A stretch of 64,000 nt of DNA from an uncultured Clostridia bacterium (GCA_944387395.1 CALXEU010000017.1:92-64091); one strand, 5' to 3'. Shown: positions 8,485 through 18,204, numbered from the stretch's first letter. Program-made: numbers and translations. Notes: generated by a model from the letters alone, not told the origin.

Positions 8485-11061
8485 TTACTCTGTTCTTAAT
8501 GCTTCTACAGGATCTTTTTTAGCTGCCATTCTAGCTGGTATTCCTCCCGCAATTACTGTTAAAAGCATACTTATTATTACTAAAATTATTGCTCCACCTG
8601 TTGGTAATTTAGAAATTCCTGAAATTCCTGTTATTAATTTAATCCCCGCATTTATTGGAATATTTAGTAAAATAGTTACACCTATTCCTAAAATTCCAGC
8701 AAGTACACCCTCTATAAAGGTTTCTGCTCTAAATACTCTAGAAATATCCTTCTTAGAAGCTCCTACTGCTCTTAGAATTCCTATTTCTTTAATTCTTTCT
8801 AGTACTGAAATATAAGTTATTATTCCTATCATTATTGATGATACAACTAATGATATTGCCACAAACGCAATTAATACATAACTTATAATATTTATTATTG
8901 TTGTTACTGAGCTCATTATTGTACCCACTAAATCAGAATAATTAATTACATTTTCTTCTTTTCCTTCATCTTGCCATCTTTTATTATAGTTTTCAATATC
9001 TTGCTTTATTAAATCTTTACTTTCAAAGTCTATTGGATATATGCTAATCATTGATGGAGATTCTATATCTACAACTCCTAATGTTTCTAGATTTGTTTCA
9101 TATGTTGCTCCAGCATTATCGGCATAGGCTTTCATTAGTTCTGCAAGTTCTTCTTGTGAAAGTGTAGATATATATGCTTTTTGCTCGTCTGTTAAATTTT
9201 CATAGTCAATCTTATTGTCTTTGTTACTTTCAGAAAATTCCATTCCTGTAAATATATTTATATCTTGATTTGCTTTTTGTTCTTTTACTATTTCTGCTTC
9301 GTTTGTTTTATTTATTGCATATGTTGTTAGATCCTTAGTATATCCTATTAAACCTGTTGAGTCAGATGATATACTACTTTCTGGATTTACCTTTACAATT
9401 CCAACTACTTCTATTTCTACAGCGTCTTCTAATTTTGATTTCATAAATTCTTCATCATCAGACATATCTATCCATAATCCATTTTGTTTTTCGTAAATAT
9501 CTGTGTTTAAAAGTAATTTAAACTTTAGATTTAGTAATTCTTCATAAGAGAAAACTTGTTCCTCATCTTCTTCAACCGCATCTCCATTTTTAATTTTATT
9601 CATTTTATCTTTTAGCTCATTTACATCTCTAATACCTAAACTATATAATGTATAATCACTTATTTCATTATTCTCATCAACCATTAATACAACTTGATTG
9701 TATTCTTCTGGCATATGACCTGCTAAAACAATATACTGAGACTCTAATAATTCTTCATTATCCAATAATTCTTGCCATACATTTACTCCTTTATAGGTAC
9801 TTCCTCCTGAAAAAGTTCCCATTATTTCGTCCATTACTGTACTTGGATTTACTTTTACAATACCATTTTCAGTATCTTCTTTATATATATTTATAGGAAT
9901 GTTGTATGAATACTGTATTGCATTAGAGTTTTGCCTTATTACATTATCCTCTGTATCTAAATATTTTTTTAGTTCTTCCAAATTATTAGTTTGAACTTTC
10001 TCTGATACAGAGCTTATCATACTAGTCATAATATTTTTTGAATATACTTTATTAGAATCTCTTTCTTCTACTTCACTTTCTTGTTGTTCCATCATAGCTG
10101 TCAAAACCGTACTCATATCTACAGATTCTGCAGCTATTGTTATTGGGTATTCAGAAAGTGTGTCTTCTTCTACCTTTGCAATATAATTTCTTACTCCTGA
10201 TGATAGAGATAATATTAATGCTATTCCTATAATTCCAATACTTCCTGCAAAAGCTGTTAAAAATGTTCTTCCTTTTTTAGTAAGTAAGTTGTTTAGACTT
10301 AAAGATAATGCAGTTAAAAAATTCATAGATGTTTTTAGTTTTTTACCTTTTTTATCTTTTTCTGGCTCACTTCCCTCGTCTGTCTTATATGGATTTGAGT
10401 CATCTGTTATAACACCATCTAATATTTTTATTACTCTACTAGAATATTTTTCAGCAAGTTCTGGGTTATGTGTTACCATTATAATAAGTTTTTCCTTAGA
10501 AATTTCTTTTAAAATTTCCATTATTTGAACACTAGTCTTTGTGTCTAATGCTCCAGTTGGTTCATCTGCTAAAATTATATCTGGATTATTTACTAAAGCT
10601 CTTGCTATTGCAACTCTTTGCATTTGTCCACCAGAAAGTTGATTTGGTCTTTTATGAATTTGCTCTCCTAATCCTACTTGCTCCAATACTTTAATTGCTC
10701 TTTGTTTTCTTTCTTTTCTGGATACTCCAGATAGGGTAAGCGCAAGTTCAACATTTGAAAGTATTGATTGATGAGGTATTAGATTGTAACTTTGGAATAC
10801 AAAACCTATAGAATAATTTCTATATGCATCCCAATCTCTATCTTTAAATTCTTTAGTCGACTTTCCATTTATAATTAAATCACCAGTCGTGTATTTATCA
10901 AGGCCACCTATTATATTTAAAAGTGTAGTTTTGCCACATCCACTTTGTCCTAGAATAGAAACAAATTCGCTTTTTCTAAATTCTATACTAACTCCTTTTA
11001 ATGCTGTGACTTTGCTTCCAGCAGTAATATAGTCTTTAGTAATGTTTTTTAATTTTAACAT
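8485..11061 (-). CDS. ABC transporter ATP-binding/permease fusion (MacB/FtsX-like)
   Basis: N-terminal Walker A GQSGCGKTTLLN and signature LSGGQMQRVAIARAL. Large extracytoplasmic domain, then C-terminal FtsX-type 4-TM permease. RBS AAAGGAG. Confidence 0.85.
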   Translation of the reverse strand: MLKLKNITKDYITAGSKVTALKGVSIEFRKSEFVSILGQSGCGKTTLLNIIGGLDKYTTGDLIINGKSTKEFKDRDWDAYRNYSIGFVFQSYNLIPHQSILSNVELALTLSGVSRKERKQRAIKVLEQVGLGEQIHKRPNQLSGGQMQRVAIARALVNNPDIILADEPTGALDTKTSVQIMEILKEISKEKLIIMVTHNPELAEKYSSRVIKILDGVITDDSNPYKTDEGSEPEKDKKGKKLKTSMNFLTALSLSLNNLLTKKGRTFLTAFAGSIGIIGIALILSLSSGVRNYIAKVEEDTLSEYPITIAAESVDMSTVLTAMMEQQESEVEERDSNKVYSKNIMTSMISSVSEKVQTNNLEELKKYLDTEDNVIRQNSNAIQYSYNIPINIYKEDTENGIVKVNPSTVMDEIMGTFSGGSTYKGVNVWQELLDNEELLESQYIVLAGHMPEEYNQVVLMVDENNEISDYTLYSLGIRDVNELKDKMNKIKNGDAVEEDEEQVFSYEELLNLKFKLLLNTDIYEKQNGLWIDMSDDEEFMKSKLEDAVEIEVVGIVKVNPESSISSDSTGLIGYTKDLTTYAINKTNEAEIVKEQKANQDINIFTGMEFSESNKDNKIDYENLTDEQKAYISTLSQEELAELMKAYADNAGATYETNLETLGVVDIESPSMISIYPIDFESKDLIKQDIENYNKRWQDEGKEENVINYSDLVGTIMSSVTTIINIISYVLIAFVAISLVVSSIMIGIITYISVLERIKEIGILRAVGASKKDISRVFRAETFIEGVLAGILGIGVTILLNIPINAGIKLITGISGISKLPTGGAIILVIISMLLTVIAGGIPARMAAKKDPVEALRTE

Positions 11062-11218
11062 AGTCGTCTCCTTTAATTTTATCTATTTTTCTTTGCATGG
11101 TTAAATTTCTATACTTTAACCAACATAAAATAAATATCTCCTACAGAATATTAATTTCTAAATTTGTTATTTTTGTGTCCTTTTCTTGTTTTTTTCGCAA
11201 ATTATTAATATTTTATTT

Positions 11219-12016
11219 TTAAATTTTCTTTATGTATTTTATATTCTCTATATTACTATTCTTGCTTCTTTCTACCATGCAATTATAAACTTTATTTCTT
11301 AGATTATTTTGCATTTCTTTAGGTGTTAGTCCTTCATCTGCAAAAAATGGCCCATCTATATATGTAACTATTTTAATCTTATCCTTCTTTTTTCCATAAC
11401 TTTGGTATGTATTTGTCATGCAAAATGTAGGAGTATTCCATTTTACTGGATATTTAAATGATACAGATTTGAAAGGTCTTATTTTTGTATAGAATGGCCA
11501 TATATGTGCTTCTGGATAAATTGTAATTGATGATTTGCTCTTTATCTTACTTTCCAATGTATCTATAAAATTTTTTGTTGCTGTTTTATTTCCTGGAACT
11601 GGTATTGCACCTAGCATCTCTACTACAGTTTTTAATCCTTTCATAGATATATTCTCTGGATTAACAATTACAAAATTACGTTTAGGATATACTCCAACAC
11701 TTGGAATAAAGGTATCTGCAAACTGCTGTGTATGATTTACATATACAAAATATCCTTGTTTTTTATAAGGCTTTAACTTATTCTTTCCTACATATTTTAA
11801 TCTAAACCTTATATTCTGATATGGAACTTTTATTACCATACTTATAAAATTTTGTAAGATATATGAAGTTATATCCCATAATTTGTTATGCTTATATTTA
11901 TAGTTTTCGTCTATTATTCGTGGTTCTATATTTGCTGTTGAAAATTCATCATTTAGTTCATCTGTATAATAAATTATTGGTTGCTTTTTATATTTTTTCA
12001 AGCTTTTACTCTCCAT
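11219..12016 (-). CDS. lysophospholipid acyltransferase-like protein
   Basis: PlsC-like blocks (VNHTQQFAD, IYPEAHIW). The start abuts the stop of the upstream gene. Confidence 0.45.
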   Translation of the reverse strand: MESKSLKKYKKQPIIYYTDELNDEFSTANIEPRIIDENYKYKHNKLWDITSYILQNFISMVIKVPYQNIRFRLKYVGKNKLKPYKKQGYFVYVNHTQQFADTFIPSVGVYPKRNFVIVNPENISMKGLKTVVEMLGAIPVPGNKTATKNFIDTLESKIKSKSSITIYPEAHIWPFYTKIRPFKSVSFKYPVKWNTPTFCMTNTYQSYGKKKDKIKIVTYIDGPFFADEGLTPKEMQNNLRNKVYNCMVERSKNSNIENIKYIKKI

Positions 12017-13816
12017 TTATTTAATTGTTTTTATTGTAGTATATGTAAGTGGAACTTTATAAAAATCTTCATATACTTTTTTCCAAACATTATAATTTTC
12101 TTCCTTCATTTTTTCTGTATTTTGTTTTTCACTTAGGTCATCTTGTGGATATATTGGTTTTTCTATATTTACGTAGTATTCTTGTATTGGGAATCCATCA
12201 TCTCCTATTATATTGCTATCCTTCATGGTTATAAATACTGGTATTACTGGAACTTTGTTTCTTGCTGCCATTTTGAACGCTCCGTTTTTTAATGGCTTTG
12301 GTTTTCTATAATTCCACCACATACTCTGTTCTGGATATATTAGTATAAAATCTCCTCTTTGCAATATTGTATCTACTGCTTTCATGAAATTTATCATAGT
12401 TCTCTTATTTGAGCTTAATGGGAGAGTATCACAGTTTCTAAAAAAGAAACCATATAATCCTGGGAAATTAGTATAATTTCCTTCTCTTATTACTTTATAT
12501 AATTTTTTATTTTCTGATTGACCCGATGTTCTAAATACGCTTTCTATTGTAAATGAATCAAATGGGTTGAAATGATTACATGTTATCATTGCACCAGTTT
12601 GCACTTTTTGTAAATTTTCTATACCATTTATTTCTTTTATAATTAACTTGTTATCCCTTAATATATCTTTTAAGAATTTTTTTGCCATTGTATTTGCAAC
12701 TTTGCTTTTTATTTTGCTATAGCTTTTCTTTCTTAAATAGTCTATGTTTTCCGGTGTTAATATTATTGTTTCAGGATCATTTTCTACATCTTCATCAAAT
12801 CTTCCTTCTCTTTCAAGTTTCTCTATTTTTTCTAGAACCATTACTCTTTCTTTTGATTTTGAAGGTAATTCTTCCTCTCCTACTCTTTTTTTCATTCTAT
12901 CGTCCCCTACACAATCAGATTCTTTTTTTGCTAATGCAATTAGATTATTTGTTGTTTCTGCGTCATTAAATTTTTGTTCTTCCGTGTAATTATTTTTTAT
13001 TCTTTTTATTTCCTCATAAAATTCTGTTTCTTTAGCGTATTTCCAGAAATGTTCTTCATATAGTATGTTATCATTATGCCAAGGTTTTAATCCTAAATTA
13101 TAGTGTATAATTTTTAGTTCATTTTCATCTAATTTTAGTTCTTCAATTGGCATAGCATTCCAGCCTTTATCAATAATCTTTGCTCTACCTTTACAAATTC
13201 TATTTAAGTAGTCTTGGTCTTGAGCAACAGTAAATTTTATTGTTCCTAGCAAATATAAAAATTTTTCTAAGAATCTAAATTTTCTTAATTCATCTAAGTT
13301 CATTAATAAAATTCCTGCATTAAAGTATTTATTATAATCATTTATACCTACTACTTTTTCAACGTACTCTTGAAATATAGGAACTGATTGTATAACACCA
13401 TCTGGTACACCTGCAACAAGATTTTGACCTATATCTATATTATATAAATTTGCTATATCTTCTAAAATTGTAATATCACTATCTAAATAGATTACCTTAT
13501 TATATTGAGGATATAAATCTGGTAGGAATAATCTAAAATATGTAGTTTTTGTGTAATAGTCTCTTGTATATAATTTATCTTTAATTGTTTCTACATATGA
13601 CGTTAAGTCTACAAATTCTACTGAAACATTTTCTTTATTATATTTGTATATTTTTTCCATATTTTCTTTTTTTATATCTGTATATAATATTTTAATTATA
13701 TATTTGTTTTCTTTTTTAGAATTTTGTATTAATGATTCTATGGCTACTGATAAACATGGTATATATGCATCATCTACTGCAAAAAATATTGGTATTTCGT
13801 TTAAATTTTGTTCCAT
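12017..13816 (-). CDS. bifunctional glycosyltransferase family 8 / lysophospholipid acyltransferase fusion
   Basis: N-terminal GT8 fold with DxD (YLDSDITIL). C-terminal PlsC-type domain with NHFNPFD (HX4D) and IYPEQSMWW. Confidence 0.65.
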   Translation of the reverse strand: MEQNLNEIPIFFAVDDAYIPCLSVAIESLIQNSKKENKYIIKILYTDIKKENMEKIYKYNKENVSVEFVDLTSYVETIKDKLYTRDYYTKTTYFRLFLPDLYPQYNKVIYLDSDITILEDIANLYNIDIGQNLVAGVPDGVIQSVPIFQEYVEKVVGINDYNKYFNAGILLMNLDELRKFRFLEKFLYLLGTIKFTVAQDQDYLNRICKGRAKIIDKGWNAMPIEELKLDENELKIIHYNLGLKPWHNDNILYEEHFWKYAKETEFYEEIKRIKNNYTEEQKFNDAETTNNLIALAKKESDCVGDDRMKKRVGEEELPSKSKERVMVLEKIEKLEREGRFDEDVENDPETIILTPENIDYLRKKSYSKIKSKVANTMAKKFLKDILRDNKLIIKEINGIENLQKVQTGAMITCNHFNPFDSFTIESVFRTSGQSENKKLYKVIREGNYTNFPGLYGFFFRNCDTLPLSSNKRTMINFMKAVDTILQRGDFILIYPEQSMWWNYRKPKPLKNGAFKMAARNKVPVIPVFITMKDSNIIGDDGFPIQEYYVNIEKPIYPQDDLSEKQNTEKMKEENYNVWKKVYEDFYKVPLTYTTIKTIK

Positions 13817-13848
13817 TCTTTTCTCCTTTTAAATTCATTTTATAAAAA

Positions 13849-14691
13849 TTATTGTTTTATATATTCTTTTTCTTGTTCAAATTTTTCTTTTAATTTTTTG
13901 TATTCTTCTAAATCTTTATCAAATGTGTAACATTTTAAATAACGGTGTATTTCTTCTACATTCCACTGTTTATAGTTTTCTGTGTGTGGATATGGTGTTA
14001 ATAATAGCCTTTTGCAAAAGTGACATATTATTGTACCTTTTCTATTGAATTTAGATTGTTCATTATATTTTCTTGGTAAAATCATTTTTTTTGTTGTTGA
14101 CCAAAATATTGCATCTTGATCTGCAAATATTAGTTTACGTTTTTTTAATAGAGCTCTTGCTTTTTCAAAAAGTCCTGTTTCTTTTATTTTATTCATGTTT
14201 AATAATAGCATTCCTGCATTTATGTAGTCCGGCCTTATAAATACTGAACCGTATTTTTCCTTTACCGCTGCATATTCGTATTCAGATATGTCTGTATTAT
14301 ACAATTCCGATATATCTCCATCTGCCATCATATCTATATCTAAGTATAATATTTTTTCTGGTATTTCCTTAACTTTATCTGCTAAAAGGCGCAATAAGGT
14401 ATATGGCGTGCAATAGGCATTTTCATTTTTTCCTCCACCAAATTCTTCTTCATATAAGTTTGTTACATCTATCTTTGTTACATTGTTTTCTTTATTTTTA
14501 GTTTTTACTACTTCATCTAAAAATTTTACTTGTTCATCTGTTATACAAGTATATTCTTTTTTTATTCTTGAAACATCCATTGTGAATATATAACAGTTAA
14601 TTGTTTCTTTTGTTTTGTTTGTTATTGATATGAGTTCAGATAATGCTCCATCAAATACTCTTTGGTTTCCACATAAAAGTATATTAATCAT
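13849..14691 (-). CDS. glycosyltransferase family 8 protein
   Basis: GT8 motifs including DxD (LDIDMM). Similar to LPS 1,3-galactosyltransferase / GspA-like enzymes. Confidence 0.65.
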   Translation of the reverse strand: MINILLCGNQRVFDGALSELISITNKTKETINCYIFTMDVSRIKKEYTCITDEQVKFLDEVVKTKNKENNVTKIDVTNLYEEEFGGGKNENAYCTPYTLLRLLADKVKEIPEKILYLDIDMMADGDISELYNTDISEYEYAAVKEKYGSVFIRPDYINAGMLLLNMNKIKETGLFEKARALLKKRKLIFADQDAIFWSTTKKMILPRKYNEQSKFNRKGTIICHFCKRLLLTPYPHTENYKQWNVEEIHRYLKCYTFDKDLEEYKKLKEKFEQEKEYIKQ

Positions 14692-14798
14692 TTTTTTCCC
14701 CTATTTTTACTTCCTTTAATTTTACATTTAACATTATACTCTATAAAGAAAATCTTTTCAACTTTTTTATGATTTTTTACTGAGAGCATAATAAAAAA

Positions 14799-14827
14799 TT
14801 GACAAATTTAAAATATATATGTATAAT
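14799..14827 (+). promoter_or_regulatory. consensus sigma-A promoter (TTGACA-17-TATAAT) driving a short antisense RNA
   Basis: Exact TTGACA at 14799-14804, a 17-nt spacer, exact TATAAT at 14822-14827. Confidence 0.7.
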
Positions 14828-14834
14828 AAATATA

Positions 14835-14926
14835 GGAAAAAGAAATCGCAGAAATGCGATTACCAAATATTATTTGAATAACGACACATCGCTCTGCAGA
14901 AGCAAATGTGTCGTGTTTTTATTTTA
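14835..14926 (+). ncRNA. candidate cis-antisense sRNA (type I antitoxin-like), ~90 nt
   Basis: Predicted TSS about 7 nt after the -10. 5' stem-loop AAATCGCA-gaaa-TGCGATT. 3' terminator CGACACAT(16-nt loop)ATGTGTCG followed by TGTTTTTATTTT. Fully complementary to the 3' end and 3' UTR of the peptide gene opposite. Confidence 0.5.
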
Positions 14927-15029
14927 TCTGACTATTAACCCATTTTATGTATAAAATACATAGCAAGGCTAAATTCATTGTTATTGATATCATTAATCCT
15001 ATTACTAGGAATACAAATACTTCTAACAT
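14919..15029 (-). CDS. 36-aa hydrophobic peptide (candidate type I toxin), MLEVFVFLVIGLMISITMNLALLCILYIKWVNSQIK
   Basis: Absent from the ORF track. Strong RBS GGAGGTGAGG 6 nt upstream. A single TM helix then a polar K-terminated tail. Its own terminator (hairpin at 14843-14861 plus T-run) lies inside the sRNA. Confidence 0.5.
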   Translation of the reverse strand: MLEVFVFLVIGLMISITMNLALLCILYIKWVNSQIK

Positions 15030-15247
15030 ATAGCCTCACCTCCTTGCTCTCGATTAACCGAGTTTCAGAGGTAACACACACATCTGCTAACTTTCTTTTT
15101 CCTATTCATCTACTATACTATATGTTTTACTAAAAAACAAGTAAACTTTCTAAAAATCAATAAATTTATTTTGTTAATTTAAATTTGTAACATGTATATT
15201 TTTAATTTCAATAAAATACAATAATACAAAGGAGGACTACTTAATTT

Positions 15248-15706
15248 ATGGCAAAATTTAAAATTTTTGCGAAGTCTATACTTATTCCTGTTATGGTTGG
15301 TTTATTTGTTGGCTTAATTATTTCTAACTCTATTGATTACAATTCCTTAAACAAACCATCTCTTGCTCCACCTGCTATTTTGTTTCCGATTGTATGGACT
15401 ATTCTTTATGTTTTAATGGGTATTTCTTATGGAATTCTTGAAAGCGAAGAACTTGTAGACTCTAAAGTAAATTTAATTTATTATAGTCAGCTTTTTGTTA
15501 ATGCTTTGTGGCCAATTTTTTTCTTTGTACTAAAATTAAGATTATTTTCTTTTATTTGGATTATCTTTTTAGTAGTTTTGGTTTCAATTATGATTTATAC
15601 TTTTATAAAGAAAAATAAATGGGCAGGATTATTACAAATTCCATATCTTGCTTGGACTATTTTTGCCACATATTTAAATTGGTTTGCTTATGTTCTTAAT
15701 AAATAG
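15248..15706 (+). CDS. tspO: TspO/MBR family tryptophan-rich sensory protein
   Basis: Five TM helices with TspO signatures (KP..APP..FPIVWTILY.LMG; YL.W..FA..LN). RBS AAGGAGG. Confidence 0.8.
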   Translation: MAKFKIFAKSILIPVMVGLFVGLIISNSIDYNSLNKPSLAPPAILFPIVWTILYVLMGISYGILESEELVDSKVNLIYYSQLFVNALWPIFFFVLKLRLFSFIWIIFLVVLVSIMIYTFIKKNKWAGLLQIPYLAWTIFATYLNWFAYVLNK

Positions 15707-15737
15707 TTTCTATATAATAATTTTTTCTAAAATAATA

Positions 15738-15780
15738 ATATCGTATTCTTAGCTTTGTGTAAGGATACGATATTTTATAT
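15738..15780. terminator. bidirectional terminator between tspO and sigK
   Basis: ATATCGTAT...ATACGATAT extended hairpin with T-runs on both strands. Confidence 0.55.
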
Positions 15781-15812
15781 TAATTATTTATAAAATTAAT
15801 TTTTTAATATTT

Positions 15813-16511
15813 TTATTCTCTAAATTCTTTAGCTAGTTTTCCTATTGCTTTTGTCTCTATTCTTGAAACATAGCTTCTGGAAATTCCCATCATTTTTGCA
15901 ATTTGCATTTGTGTCTTAGGTTTGTTTCCATTTAGTCCAAATCTTAATTCGATAATCGTTCTTTCTCTATCTTTTAGTACCTCTTTTATTTTAGCATACA
16001 ATTTTTTTACCTTTAGTTTTAAATCAACCTCTTCTTCTACATTTTTTCCATCACTTTCTAAAACTTCCTGCAGGGTAACTGTATTATCATCCTTATCTTT
16101 TCCTATACTGTCCTCTAAGTAGACTTCTGTCCCCTGTTTTTTTATAGATCGAAGATACATTAATATTTCATTGTCTATACATCTAGATACATATGTAGAA
16201 AGTCTAACTCCTTTATCTTGTTTAAAACTATTTATTCCTTTTATCAATCCTATACTTCCAATCGAAATCAAATCATCTGGGTCTATATTTGTACTATTGT
16301 ATTTTTTACTTACGTGTGCTACTAATCTTAAATTTCGTTCTATAAGAATATTTTTTGCATCTTCATCGCCTTTTTCTAGTTTATCTAAATACATTTTTTC
16401 TTCTTCTGAATCTAATGGTTCTGGAAATAAACTATTATTCGAAATATATCCGACAACAAATACTGCCGTTTGTAAGAACGCAAAAAAGCCCATCATAGAA
16501 ATGGTTAGCAT
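15813..16511 (-). CDS. sigK: RNA polymerase sporulation sigma factor pro-sigma-K
   Basis: Residues match SigK rather than SigE: NN.FP.PL..EEK.YL...GDE.A.N.LIE.NLRLVAH, GLIKGI. A hydrophobic ~20-aa pro-sequence is present. GGAGGTG lies 8 nt before the ATG at 16511; the track start at 16541 overlaps the RBS. Uninterrupted, with no skin-like insertion. Confidence 0.85.
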   Translation of the reverse strand: MLTISMMGFFAFLQTAVFVVGYISNNSLFPEPLDSEEEKMYLDKLEKGDEDAKNILIERNLRLVAHVSKKYNSTNIDPDDLISIGSIGLIKGINSFKQDKGVRLSTYVSRCIDNEILMYLRSIKKQGTEVYLEDSIGKDKDDNTVTLQEVLESDGKNVEEEVDLKLKVKKLYAKIKEVLKDRERTIIELRFGLNGNKPKTQMQIAKMMGISRSYVSRIETKAIGKLAKEFRE

Positions 16512-16576
16512 TAAAAGCACCTCCACTTTTATTCTTACCATTAATATATGATTAGGCTTTTATTTTTGTGCCTGAC

Positions 16577-18163
16577 CTATTTTTTTATTTTTTCAAATAA
16601 TGGGTTTATATTTTCTAGCTTAATTTCGTGGCTTACTATTATCTTTTCCCATTTGTTTAAATCTATATTTAAGTATTTTCCTAAAGTTTGTGATGTTGTA
16701 GGCATAATTGGCTCAAATAAATTTGCTAAGTTTGCAATTATATTTATACAGTTGTACATTACATACTTAAACCCTTCCATATCTTCTTTAAATAATACCC
16801 AAGGTTTATTTTCATCATAATATTTGTTACCAAATTCTACTAGGCTCATAATTTCTTCTACAGCCTTCTTAAACTCTAGTTTTTCTATATTATCAGATAC
16901 TGTCTTATATGTTTCTTCTATTTTTTCATCTACTTGTTTATCTATCTTTGCAACTTCTATCTTATCTAAGCCCTTAAATTTTAATGTTCTGTTAGCAAAG
17001 TTTCCAAATTTATTAACCATATCTGCATTATGAACTGTTTTGAAGTCATCTAAAGAGAAGTTTGAATCTTTTTTCTCTGGTCCATTGTTTATAAAATAGT
17101 ATCTTATTGAATCTACGTTGTATTCATTTGCAAGATCTAGAATTGTTATTCCATTTCCTTTACTCTTTGATATTTTTTCGTCATTAATGTTTAAATATTC
17201 GCATGATACTATTTTGTCTGGAAGTTTCATGTTATCATTCATCGCTAGAAGTAGTCCTGGTAAAATTATGCTATGGAAAATTATATTGTCTTTTCCATGA
17301 ACCATATACATTGTTGCATTTTGATTTTTCCAGTAATCTTCCCAATTTAAATTATTTTCTTCACAGTATTGCATTGTAGCTGTTAAATATCCAAGTACAG
17401 CATCTATCCATACATACATTTTTTTGTTTTCATATCCTTTAACTGGAATATCTACACCCCAGTCTAGGTCTCTCGTAACAGCCCTGTCTACTAATCCCTG
17501 TTTTAAATATTTTAGAGTTTCGTTTTGAGAATTTTTTCTCCAATTTTCTTTATTTTCTTCATAATATTTTTCTATTAATGGTTGTAGTTTTGATAGTGCA
17601 ATATACAAATTCTTATCTAATTTTTCTATAACTTGACTACCACAGGCTTGACATCTTGCTTTTTTTAAATCTTCAGCTGTTGGATTATAACCACAATCGC
17701 ATTCTTCTGCTTTTGTTTCTTTTCCACAATTAGGGCAAGTTAAAATAAGCTCTCTGTCTGCTAAGAATTTATTACAATTTGGGCAATATGCTTGTGGTTC
17801 TTCTTTTTCTATTATATATCCATTGTCATATATTTTTCTGAATAATTGTATTACTTTTTCTTTGTGATAATCACTTTCTGTTTGAGTATATAAGTTATAA
17901 GAAAAATTCATTGTATTAAAGGTTTTTGTAAATTCCTCGTTATAATGATCTGATATTTCTTTTGGACTTTTTCCTTCTTTTCTTGCTCTTACCGTAATTG
18001 GTGTTCCGTGGCAATCTGTTCCTGAAACATAAATTACTTTGTCTCCTACTTTTCTATGATATCTTGCTAAAATATCTCCAGGCAAAAGTGCTACTAAATG
18101 TCCTAAATGTAGTGAGCTGTTTGCATATGGCCACGCTCCGCCAATTATTACATTTCTATTCAT
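16577..18163 (-). CDS. metG: methionine--tRNA ligase (short form lacking C-terminal tRNA-binding domain)
   Basis: HLGH-type motif (SLHLGHLVAL), KMSKS-like KISKSKGN, and a Zn knuckle CPNC...CDCG. Confidence 0.9.
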   Translation of the reverse strand: MNRNVIIGGAWPYANSSLHLGHLVALLPGDILARYHRKVGDKVIYVSGTDCHGTPITVRARKEGKSPKEISDHYNEEFTKTFNTMNFSYNLYTQTESDYHKEKVIQLFRKIYDNGYIIEKEEPQAYCPNCNKFLADRELILTCPNCGKETKAEECDCGYNPTAEDLKKARCQACGSQVIEKLDKNLYIALSKLQPLIEKYYEENKENWRKNSQNETLKYLKQGLVDRAVTRDLDWGVDIPVKGYENKKMYVWIDAVLGYLTATMQYCEENNLNWEDYWKNQNATMYMVHGKDNIIFHSIILPGLLLAMNDNMKLPDKIVSCEYLNINDEKISKSKGNGITILDLANEYNVDSIRYYFINNGPEKKDSNFSLDDFKTVHNADMVNKFGNFANRTLKFKGLDKIEVAKIDKQVDEKIEETYKTVSDNIEKLEFKKAVEEIMSLVEFGNKYYDENKPWVLFKEDMEGFKYVMYNCINIIANLANLFEPIMPTTSQTLGKYLNIDLNKWEKIIVSHEIKLENINPLFEKIKK

Positions 18164-18204
18164 TTTAAATCAGTCCTTTCGTAATTTTTAAGACACTATT
18201 TTAA

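Noticed and set aside
9648-9896. Short + strand ORFs inside minus-strand genes (e.g. 9648..9896, 10289..10528, 12682..12989, 20522..20911, 30356..31455, 51542..51954)
   Set aside because: They are antisense to well-supported long CDSs. Their translations are Leu/Phe/Ser-rich low complexity. No RBS.
16512-16576. sigE/sigK-type promoter (CATATATTA -10-like) upstream of sigK
   Set aside because: Only the -10-like CATATATT is convincing. The -35 is ambiguous and the region overlaps the metG terminator. Too weak to call.
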